Source of the DNA: Clostridia bacterium
Lineage (GTDB): Bacteria; Bacillota; Clostridia; Oscillospirales; CAG-272
Assembly (NCBI GenBank): GCA_017463075.1
Contig: JAFTPW010000213.1
Coordinates: 1 to 29,128, forward strand
Length of the DNA: 29,128 nucleotides
Reading direction: 5' to 3'
The notes below the pieces were generated by a model, which saw nothing but the letters and a program-made list of their open reading frames with translations, had not been told where the DNA came from and ran no database searches. Of the stretch, positions 7,556 through 15,013 are shown in pieces. How positions within the stretch are numbered: the first letter of the stretch is position 1; every line of letters begins with the position of its first letter. Both the position numbers and the translations under genes were made by a program.

Positions 7556-9844
7556 TTATTTTCCATGCTCGGCGAGCCAGAGATTGATCCGGCTGTTGAG
7601 CGAGGTCTGCGTATTCTCGGCCGTGGAGGTGCCGTTGAAGAAGGCTTTTTCCTCCTGATTGATGATGCTCCGCATGGGCTGGTGCTTCCGGTTGACCCAG
7701 CTCAGCTCGGCTTTGTCGAGGAGATTTGCCCATGCTTCGGTGTGGCTTTCGGTCACGGTGAACCGGATTCCCTGTGTTTTCAGAAGATATTCTTCGGTCA
7801 GGCTGTCGCAGCGGTACATGGGAGAACCTGTGCCGTATTCATAGAAGAAGTCCACGCCTTCAAACGCCCGGAGATGCTCGAGAACCGGATCGCGGAGTAC
7901 GGGAATACCCTGCAAGCCGTAGAGAAACTCCGTGGAGGTTTTCATCTTGTCCGCTTCCGTGGTCATTGCCTGCTCGATGTATTTCCACGCCGCGTCCGGG
8001 TGCTCGCAGTGCTTGGTGACGGACGTGATGCCGCGCAGGAAGGTAAGTTCAAATCCTTCGAATTCCCCGTCCGAGGTGACTGCGGGATGACCGATGAAGT
8101 TCAGCGCATCCGCATCGGTGACCGCAAATGCTCGCATCATGCTGAGAATGGAAGTCATCCCGGTCAGATTGACATCCATGACGTGGATGGTTCCCTGAGG
8201 ATAGCTCGCGGAGTCCGGGGTGCGGCGCGCATTGGTTTTCAGATTCTTCGCAAAGTTGAGATAGCGCAGGTACAGCGGGGACAAAAATCCGTCGTGTACG
8301 CTGAACTCGTCGTATATGTGATAGCCGAAGATGCTGCCCGTGGAAAACTCGGAGCCGTTCTCGATTTGGATCATGTACTCACCCTGAGGAATCGCTTCCA
8401 TGTAGTCCATGATTTCTTCGAGATTCCAGTGATCCAGCGGGATTTTCTCATCCAGGGCGACAAGACCGCTGATTGTGGTGATCGAGGGCGCCATGCCGTA
8501 CAGCTTTCCGTCGATTTCCAGACCGGTGACGACGCTGTTCCAGATATCGTCCGTGGTGATGCTGCCGCTTTTGATCGTGTGCAGATCGACGAAGTAGCCC
8601 TTCATGTTTTCCGCCATGTCGCGGTAGACGGTGTCCTGCGTGACGACGAGGTCGGGCTTGAGGATTCCGGTTTCCAGATCGGTGCGCAGGCGGTCTTCGG
8701 GCGTCATGCCGTCGGAGCTCGCAAAGCGCGTGTAGTCGTTGACGAGGATGCGTACGTCCTTGTTGTTCTGATTGAACGCCGCGACGGCTTCGTTGACCTG
8801 ATAGCCGATGGCGTGGGCGAGCTCGAGGGTGACGACTTTCGAAAGATCAATGTCCGGCATGGGGATGCAGTGCAGGATCATCCACTCAAAGGAGGTCTCG
8901 AGCAGGTATTTTGCCGTGAAGCAGACGCCGTCCTCGGTGAAAACGGGCCACACTTCGCTGAAATACTGTCCGTTGACGCTGGAATTGGTGTAATTGAAGA
9001 CTTCCTCCGGCTCGGCGGCTTCACTTCCGGCAGAGATTTTCCATCGGAACGCGGCGTATGCGTCAAAGCCGTAGGCGTACCCGTCGTGGACTGCGGTGAC
9101 TTTGACATCATAGCGGTTCATGTAGCGTTCAAACCGCGCCGGGAGCGTGTAATCCGTGTCTGTCGTAAGATTTCGCAGCATCCATACGTCTTCGGCTTTG
9201 TAATGTGCCCAGAGCTCGCCGGTGACGGTGTCATAGCGGATGTGGTAGACCGTGGACGGGAGCTTTTCCGTGGACGTGACGGCGAACTCCCTGTCCGTGT
9301 ACACGACGGTGTCATCCCAGACGATGGCGTATCCGTCCGGGATTTCGGCGATCGGGAGCTCATTGACATTGGTGTACCAGTCGCTGTCACCGGGATAATT
9401 CGCGGCGTTTCCCTCCGGTTTCAGGGATTCTGCGGGAATTTCCGCTGTGATTTCCCCATCGAAAGTGACGCGGAAGAGTGTGTATGTATTTTCGCGGGTG
9501 TTCGATGCGAGGTAGAGATACCCGTCCTGGATCATGACGAGGGATTCTCTGCGAAGGTCCGGGATGGATGCGGTCACACTCTCCTCACCTGTGCGGATGT
9601 GAAGCCCGACATTGTTTTCGGACTCAGCATAGCGGTATCCGCTGTCCGTGGACGTGATCGGGGATGGAATGGCGCCTCCCGGAATCGTGGTCGAGAAATC
9701 CACACGGTACACAGCGGTGAGGAATCCGGCTTCTTCAATGGTGTCGGCGGTGATGTAGGATGTGTCCTCCGGTTCCTGCTGTACGGTCGTGCAGGATGAG
9801 AAGAGCAGGATGGCTGCAAAAATGGCGGTGACGATGCGCTTCAT
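7556..9844 (-). CDS. Large extracellular solute-binding-like lipoprotein, paralog B (762 aa)
   Basis: Lipobox LLFSSC, AAGGAGG RBS, colinear with paralog A along its whole length. Confidence 0.75.
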   Translation of the reverse strand: MKRIVTAIFAAILLFSSCTTVQQEPEDTSYITADTIEEAGFLTAVYRVDFSTTIPGGAIPSPITSTDSGYRYAESENNVGLHIRTGEESVTASIPDLRRESLVMIQDGYLYLASNTRENTYTLFRVTFDGEITAEIPAESLKPEGNAANYPGDSDWYTNVNELPIAEIPDGYAIVWDDTVVYTDREFAVTSTEKLPSTVYHIRYDTVTGELWAHYKAEDVWMLRNLTTDTDYTLPARFERYMNRYDVKVTAVHDGYAYGFDAYAAFRWKISAGSEAAEPEEVFNYTNSSVNGQYFSEVWPVFTEDGVCFTAKYLLETSFEWMILHCIPMPDIDLSKVVTLELAHAIGYQVNEAVAAFNQNNKDVRILVNDYTRFASSDGMTPEDRLRTDLETGILKPDLVVTQDTVYRDMAENMKGYFVDLHTIKSGSITTDDIWNSVVTGLEIDGKLYGMAPSITTISGLVALDEKIPLDHWNLEEIMDYMEAIPQGEYMIQIENGSEFSTGSIFGYHIYDEFSVHDGFLSPLYLRYLNFAKNLKTNARRTPDSASYPQGTIHVMDVNLTGMTSILSMMRAFAVTDADALNFIGHPAVTSDGEFEGFELTFLRGITSVTKHCEHPDAAWKYIEQAMTTEADKMKTSTEFLYGLQGIPVLRDPVLEHLRAFEGVDFFYEYGTGSPMYRCDSLTEEYLLKTQGIRFTVTESHTEAWANLLDKAELSWVNRKHQPMRSIINQEEKAFFNGTSTAENTQTSLNSRINLWLAEHGK
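9731..9831. repeat. 101-nt perfect direct repeat, copy 2
   Basis: Identical to 7399-7499. Confidence 0.95.
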
Positions 9845-9884
9845 TGGCGTTCCTCCTTGTTTACGGATATCTTGAGTTGTAAAT

Positions 9885-9914
9885 ATTATAGCATGCATGA
9901 TATACTGCCGTCAA
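9885..9914 (-). promoter_or_regulatory. sigmaA promoter of paralogs B and A
   Basis: TTGACG-18 nt-TATAAT with extended TG. The -35 lies inside the inverted repeat CTGCC-N6-GGCAG. Confidence 0.7.
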
Positions 9915-9959
9915 TGGCAGAAAGTGAGCATTTCCCTGTATAACCACGTGTCCGCGGAA

Positions 9960-12326
9960 TTATTTCTGCTCCGCGAGATAGATTGCCGCGCGGCTCTGGG
10001 TGGTTTTGGCGGCGGATGCGGCGTCCCCGTTGCCGGCGAGATAGGCGGATTCCTCCTCGGAGATGATCGCGGCAAGGGCGTCCGGGGTTTCGGTGAAGAG
10101 ATAACTGCTCGTCGCTTGATCGAGAAGCGCGGTGCATCCGGCGATAACGTCCTCGGTGATTGTCAGAAGCGTGCCTTCCCCTTCCGTTTCGAGATTCCAT
10201 CCGGACCAGCTTCCGCGCACGGTTTCCCATGTCTGGTAGCCGATGAGGGATTCAAAATACGCGAGCGTTTCCGCTTTGAGTGCGGCAGGGGATTTACTTC
10301 CGTATTTGTGGATTTCGCGCTCTTCCAGTTCCGTGAGTGACGCGGCGTAGTCCTTGAGCACGTACGCGACGAATTCCCACGCTTCTGCGGTATGCTCGGA
10401 TTTCGCCGGGATCATGTACACGCACTCACCGGTATTCGCGAGCTTCATGCCGCCTGCGTCGTTTGTCGGATACCCGATGAAGGTCAGCTCATCCGCTGTT
10501 TCCGCACCGAATTTCTGCATCAGTTCAAGGTATCCCATCGGGGACGCCGTGGAAGTATGGTACAGCAGAACGTCGCCGTCGCGGTAGATGCGGTCCGGGT
10601 CTTCGGTGACGTCCACGGTCATGTCAAATTCCGGGTCGTACGCGGTCTCGCGCGTGATGAGCTCGGGGGCATCGGACGGGAGGGATTTCAGAAATTCCAG
10701 ATACCGCACGTACAGGGGATCGTCGAAATTCGCCTGCGCCGTGAAGGTGTCCCACTGGAGACTGCCGAAGAGGGAGACGGTGTCCTTGCGGCGAAGTGAT
10801 TCCGTGAAATACACGCCTTCCGGGACGGTTTCGGCAAAGTCAAGGAATTCGTCCAGTGTCCAGGATGTCATTGAGCCGAGGTTTTCCTTCAGTCCGACGG
10901 GGCCTTTGAGGAAGAATCCCGGTGTGATGCCGCGCATGCCTCCTTCGTACGTGAATGCGGAACGGACGCTCTGCCAGATGTTGTCCGGTGCGATGCCGGC
11001 GTCGGGGTTGGCGGTCATGAGGGTGTCAAGATCGGCAAAATACGTCCCCATCCCGCGCAGGAACTTGGCATAATACGGCTGCATTGCGACGATGAGGTCG
11101 GGCTTGAGCACGCCGGTTTCGAGATCCATCCGCAGGCGCGTGTAGTTCGCTTCGGGATTCTCCGCGGTGCTGTACTTGGAGTAGTCCTCGATGACGATTT
11201 GAATATCGCTGTGGGACTGATTGAACTCGACGACGGCCTGCGGTGCTTTGCGGCTCATCCCCGGCGTCGCGATGACGATGGTGGTGACTTCATCCGGGTT
11301 CTGCTGTGCGGCAGTTGTGTCCTGTGACATCCACGCGCGGCGGTAATCGTAGTTGGAGACGGAATAGAACACCATAAGCGCGGGAGAATCCGGGGCGGTG
11401 AGAGTGTTTTCGGCAGTGCGGATCGGGTTGATGCATCTCACACCGCTTGCGTTGATTCCGGACATCGTGAACGAGAGGATTTCGACAGGTTCGACTTTTG
11501 CGCCGTCGGAGATGCTCCATCGGAACGCGCCGCTTGTGTCGTAGGCGTAGAAGACGTCGTTTTCGCAGGCAAAAATGCGCATCATGTCCCCGCTGAATCT
11601 GCCGGGCATTTCGCGCGCGCCGGTGACGGTGAAGTCCTCGATTGACGCAGTCATGGGCTTGTTGTCTTTGATGTACGTGACGCGCAGACCGTTGTCGTAC
11701 CAGACCGAGGCACATCCGCCGGGCAGCTTCACGGTGTTCGCGAGCGTGAGTGCGTCATCGAAAAAGAGAAGCGTGCTCTGCCAGAGAATCACGGCGTGCT
11801 CATCGGTCTCCGCCATCGGGATGTGCTGCTGTGCGATCGGGGATTCAAGTGTGCCGCCTTCGCCGGGATACGGTTTGGTCACGCCGTCGGGTTTGAGGGA
11901 ATTGAGATTGACCGCGGCGAGAGAGGTACCGTCATAGCTGTACAGCGAGAGATTGTACCGGTCATCGTTCCGGGATTCGTTCCATATGAGGTACAGCCCG
12001 CGCTCCCCGCAGAATCCGCCGTAGATACTCAGAATTTCGTCCGGGAGCGGGAAGGAGCGCTTCTCAAGGACATCTCCGTCGGCGGAAAACTTTGTGAAGG
12101 TGATGCTGTTCCCGCTTTCTCTGGTCACCGTGACGGAGGTGTAAGTTCCGTCGGAGGTGAATGCCGCGATGTTGTATTGGTCGTTGCGTTCGGAGTCGGG
12201 CACCGTTTCCTCGAAAAATGTGCGGTAAATCGAAGAGGATGCGGGTGTATTTTCGTTTTTTGCGCAGGAAAACAGCATCGGAAGAAGGATGCTGACGGCG
12301 AGAATGACGGATAACGTGCGCTTCAT
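9960..12326 (-). CDS. Large extracellular solute-binding-like lipoprotein, paralog C (788 aa, more diverged)
   Basis: Lipobox MLFSC at Cys21, AGGAGG RBS. Shares RLRMDLETGVLKPDL, DNIWQSV, AWEFV and QSRAAIYLAE motifs with A and B. Confidence 0.75.
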   Translation of the reverse strand: MKRTLSVILAVSILLPMLFSCAKNENTPASSSIYRTFFEETVPDSERNDQYNIAAFTSDGTYTSVTVTRESGNSITFTKFSADGDVLEKRSFPLPDEILSIYGGFCGERGLYLIWNESRNDDRYNLSLYSYDGTSLAAVNLNSLKPDGVTKPYPGEGGTLESPIAQQHIPMAETDEHAVILWQSTLLFFDDALTLANTVKLPGGCASVWYDNGLRVTYIKDNKPMTASIEDFTVTGAREMPGRFSGDMMRIFACENDVFYAYDTSGAFRWSISDGAKVEPVEILSFTMSGINASGVRCINPIRTAENTLTAPDSPALMVFYSVSNYDYRRAWMSQDTTAAQQNPDEVTTIVIATPGMSRKAPQAVVEFNQSHSDIQIVIEDYSKYSTAENPEANYTRLRMDLETGVLKPDLIVAMQPYYAKFLRGMGTYFADLDTLMTANPDAGIAPDNIWQSVRSAFTYEGGMRGITPGFFLKGPVGLKENLGSMTSWTLDEFLDFAETVPEGVYFTESLRRKDTVSLFGSLQWDTFTAQANFDDPLYVRYLEFLKSLPSDAPELITRETAYDPEFDMTVDVTEDPDRIYRDGDVLLYHTSTASPMGYLELMQKFGAETADELTFIGYPTNDAGGMKLANTGECVYMIPAKSEHTAEAWEFVAYVLKDYAASLTELEEREIHKYGSKSPAALKAETLAYFESLIGYQTWETVRGSWSGWNLETEGEGTLLTITEDVIAGCTALLDQATSSYLFTETPDALAAIISEEESAYLAGNGDAASAAKTTQSRAAIYLAEQK

Positions 12327-12371
12327 GCGGGATTCCTCCTGTAATGTGATTTTTTAAGTTCTGTTAACTAT

Positions 12372-12400
12372 ATTATAGCATACATAGTCACGTACGTCAA
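12372..12400 (-). promoter_or_regulatory. sigmaA promoter of paralog C
   Basis: TTGACG-17 nt-TATAAT with extended TG. Confidence 0.8.
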
Positions 12401-12434
12401 ACAGAAAGATAAGCATGATTTTTGTGCAATATGC

Positions 12435-12463
12435 TTGACAAAAGGCGGCGGATGTGCTATACT
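12435..12463 (+). promoter_or_regulatory. sigmaA promoter of the ABC-F gene
   Basis: TTGACA-17 nt-TATACT with extended TG. Confidence 0.85.
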
Positions 12464-12493
12464 GGTGAAAATCAGAGAAGTACGGAGGCTGCA

Positions 12494-12505
12494 ATGCGCA
12501 TCTGA
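12494..12505 (+). CDS. Leader uORF Met-Arg-Ile-stop
   Basis: GGAGG (12484-12488), 5-nt spacer, then ATG CGC ATC TGA, about 25 nt after the predicted TSS. Confidence 0.65.
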   Translation: MRI

Positions 12506-12564
12506 ATTGACGTTTGCTGAAAGAATCGCAGGAATACAGGGTGTTTTTTCTGCGCGAATCGGCA

Positions 12565-12596
12565 GACGGAGGTGATGTGCGTGCTTCCGTTTTTTT
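12565..12596 (+). terminator. Premature terminator (attenuator) in the ABC-F leader
   Basis: GACGGAGG...CTTCCGTT stem followed by a T-run, 50 nt before the ABC-F start codon. Confidence 0.7.
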
Positions 12597-12645
12597 GTGC
12601 ATAGCCATACCTTCGTTTGTCATCATGAAAACGGAGGATTTTTTT

Positions 12646-14193
12646 ATGCTTCAGTTAAAGAATATCACAATCACGCATACAGGGGATGAGCGCTGTCTTC
12701 TGAAGGATTTCAGCTTCACGCCGTACGAGGGTGAGAAAATCGCCGTCGTCGGGGAGGAAGGCAACGGGAAATCCACGCTTCTCAAGCTGATGCACGACCC
12801 GGCGCTTCTGGACGGATACGCGTCGTACACGGGCACAGTCACAAAAGGCACGGGTGCAAAGTGCTCGGTCACGGGATACATGAGTCAGCTTCCGGACGGG
12901 GACGGGATGGCGGTCTGGGAATACCTCGGGAAGGCGGACGGTTGGTGCGATTTTTCACCGAAGGAGCTGTCGCGGCTGTGCAGGGAGTTGTCGGTTCCGG
13001 AAGAGCTTCTGTACTCGGAGCAGAAAATGGAATCGCTGTCCGGCGGTGAGGCGGTCAAGGTGCGGCTTCTTGCGCTTCTGGCGTCGTCTCCGGATATCCT
13101 GCTTCTGGATGAGCCGTCGAACGATCTGGATCTCGAAGCACTGGTGTGGCTGGAGGAGTTCATCCGCACGGTGCCGCAGACGGTGATCTACATCTCCCAC
13201 GACGAGGTTTTACTGGAAAACACCGCGCAGTGCGTGATTCACATCGAGCAGATCATGCGCAAAACGGAGCCGAAAGTGACGGTGAGCCGGACGGGATACC
13301 GGGAATACATGGAAACGCGCGGGCTTCTGATTGAAAAATCCGCGCAGATGGCGAAAAACGACCGGGACCGGTTTGAAAAGAAAATGGAAAAATACCGCCG
13401 GATCTTCGAGAGGGTGCAGTTTGAGCAGAACGCGATTTCCAGACAGAATCCCGGCGGCGGACGGCTTCTGAAAAAGAAAATGCACTCAGTCAAGGCGATG
13501 GGGCGGCGGTTTGAGAAGGAAGAAGAAAATCTGACGAAGAAAATCGACGCGGAAGAGGCAGTGATGATCGGATTTCAGGAGGTGCATGTGCCGCGCGGCA
13601 AGGTGATTCTGGAACTGTCGCTGGATGAGCTTCGCGCAGGAGACAACCCGCACGGCAGACTGCTCGCGGAAAACATACGGCTGACAGTGATGGGCGGCGA
13701 AAGTGTGGTCATCACAGGCCCGAACGGATGCGGGAAGAGTACGCTCATCAAAAAAATCGCCGCGGAGCTGCTCGGACGACGGGATATCCGCGCTGCGTAC
13801 ATGCCGCAGGACTACGACGAGCACATGCCCGGGGAAATGACAGCGGTCGGATACCTGACGCGGGACGGCAGCCGCACGGAGGAGACGAAAATCCGCACGT
13901 ACCTCGGGAGCATCAAATTCACGGCGGCGGAGATGGATCACAGAATCCGGGATCTCTCGGGCGGACAGAGAGCGAAGCTGTACTTCATCGGGATGATCCT
14001 TGACGGTGCGGATACGCTGATTCTCGACGAGCCGACGCGGAATCTCTCGCCGATGACGGGACCTGTGATCCGCCGGATCCTGTCCGAATTTGGCGGGACG
14101 ATCATTGCGGTGTCGCACGACCGGAAATACATCGAGGAAACAGCGGACGCGGAAATCCCGATGCAGAGAATCTGGGGGGCGGAAGAAATCTGA
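12646..14193 (+). CDS. ABC-F family ATP-binding protein (515 aa, two NBDs, no TM segments)
   Basis: Walker A GEEGNGKST and GPNGCGKST, signatures LSGGE and LSGGQ, Walker B LLDEP and ILDEP, charged helical inter-NBD linker. Start at ATG 12646 with GGAGG RBS. Confidence 0.9.
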   Translation: MLQLKNITITHTGDERCLLKDFSFTPYEGEKIAVVGEEGNGKSTLLKLMHDPALLDGYASYTGTVTKGTGAKCSVTGYMSQLPDGDGMAVWEYLGKADGWCDFSPKELSRLCRELSVPEELLYSEQKMESLSGGEAVKVRLLALLASSPDILLLDEPSNDLDLEALVWLEEFIRTVPQTVIYISHDEVLLENTAQCVIHIEQIMRKTEPKVTVSRTGYREYMETRGLLIEKSAQMAKNDRDRFEKKMEKYRRIFERVQFEQNAISRQNPGGGRLLKKKMHSVKAMGRRFEKEEENLTKKIDAEEAVMIGFQEVHVPRGKVILELSLDELRAGDNPHGRLLAENIRLTVMGGESVVITGPNGCGKSTLIKKIAAELLGRRDIRAAYMPQDYDEHMPGEMTAVGYLTRDGSRTEETKIRTYLGSIKFTAAEMDHRIRDLSGGQRAKLYFIGMILDGADTLILDEPTRNLSPMTGPVIRRILSEFGGTIIAVSHDRKYIEETADAEIPMQRIWGAEEI

Positions 14194-14210
14194 AATATAC
14201 ATGAATTTCC

Positions 14211-14239
14211 TTGATAAAATGCGGAATGTTTGATATAAT
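14211..14239 (+). promoter_or_regulatory. sigmaA promoter
   Basis: TTGATA-17 nt-TATAAT with extended TG. Confidence 0.75.
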
Positions 14240-14299
14240 AAAAGCAGGCGGCAGAACTCACGCAGATGCAGAAGAATGCCGCCGGGAGGATGTCCGGAA

Positions 14300-14617
14300 A
14301 TGGAAAAATCCATGGAAAAGGCGCTGGATTCTGCCGGGAAAAAGGCGAAAACAGCGGTCCGGGAAATGACATCCCTGTATGACGATTTCAGAAAGACACA
14401 TCCCGCGAAGGATGCGCTGTGCGTACGGAAGAAATTCGCGATGAAGGACGTATGCTTCCGGAAGAATCAGCCGGACGTGGAAGTATTCCGCTGGGAGCTC
14501 GCGTTTGACGTGGAGATGTACGTCCTCTTGCTTCTTCTTGCCGGAACCGGCGTGTGGCTGACATGGCGTTGGGCGCAGTGCAGGAAGCTCAGACGCCGCA
14601 TGGCTTCGCTGGAATGA
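14300..14617 (+). CDS. Hypothetical small membrane protein (~105 aa, one C-terminal TM followed by a basic tail)
   Basis: Follows the promoter at 14211, GGAGG upstream of ATG 14300, hydrophobic stretch YVLLLLLAGTGVWLTW. Start is uncertain. Confidence 0.6.
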   Translation: MEKSMEKALDSAGKKAKTAVREMTSLYDDFRKTHPAKDALCVRKKFAMKDVCFRKNQPDVEVFRWELAFDVEMYVLLLLLAGTGVWLTWRWAQCRKLRRRMASLE

Positions 14618-14688
14618 CGGAATCCCGTGGGGATTGAACCCTGCGGGGTACATAATGTTTTCTTAAAGCGTTGGGAATCTATGGTAGA

Positions 14689-14981
14689 AAAGCTCCGCTT
14701 TTCGAATTGATTTGTACGCCTGCGCGGCGGGCGCGAGAACGAGGTATTCATCTTCGATGAAACCTAGTTGCCGGGCTCTCGATTCGGCAGACCAGCCACT
14801 TTCATCTTTGATGAAAGTGATGCCTGGACCCAAGGCTTCACTTTCGAAGAAAGTGTGCGGGCAGAGGAGTTTTTGACAGCGTGCAGTTTTGATTTTCAGC
14901 GAACGTATTTTATTGCTCGTGTCACTGGATTGCACGGGTAAATTTCAGCCTGCGGCGCGTTTTTAATTGAAAGTCGGCTTT
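14689..14981 (+). ncRNA. Putative structured non-coding RNA, 6S-like closing helices with a multi-hairpin insert
   Basis: Long-range pairing 14689-14710 with 14963-14981 and GCGGGC(14727)/GCCTGC(14948), plus six internal hairpins. G-U pairs favour the plus strand. Family not confirmed. Confidence 0.45.
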
Positions 14982-15013
14982 AAAAAATATCAATCAACCC
15001 GGAATAAAGATAC

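Noticed and set aside
7565-9799. 744-aa plus-strand ORF, and similar long antisense ORFs (5986-7134, 15149-16447, 21614-23080, 25822-26841)
   Set aside because: They mirror real genes on the opposite strand, have no RBS or recognisable motifs, and are expected where TTA/CTA/TCA codons are rare in the sense gene.
4829-12326. Lipoprotein cluster as a tRNA-integrated genomic island
   Set aside because: The cluster lies 5' of the tRNA, no duplicated tRNA 3' end was seen, there is no integrase, and codon style matches the flanking genes.
12514-12645. 44-aa N-terminal extension of the ABC-F ORF
   Set aside because: It runs through the attenuator leader from a TTG without an RBS. ATG 12646 has GGAGG and begins the NBD.
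14663-14935. 90-aa minus-strand ORF as a real protein
   Set aside because: GTG start with no RBS, no recognisable motif, and the region is better explained by RNA structure. Not fully excluded.
14617-14990. tmRNA, RNase P, SRP, SAM-I, cobalamin or c-di-AMP riboswitch, or hammerhead identity for the structured region
   Set aside because: Only isolated short matches (e.g. GGGTTCAATCCC on the minus strand, CGATGAAACC, CGCTGAA). No tag ORF, acceptor stem, GAGGAAAGUCC or complete aptamer core.
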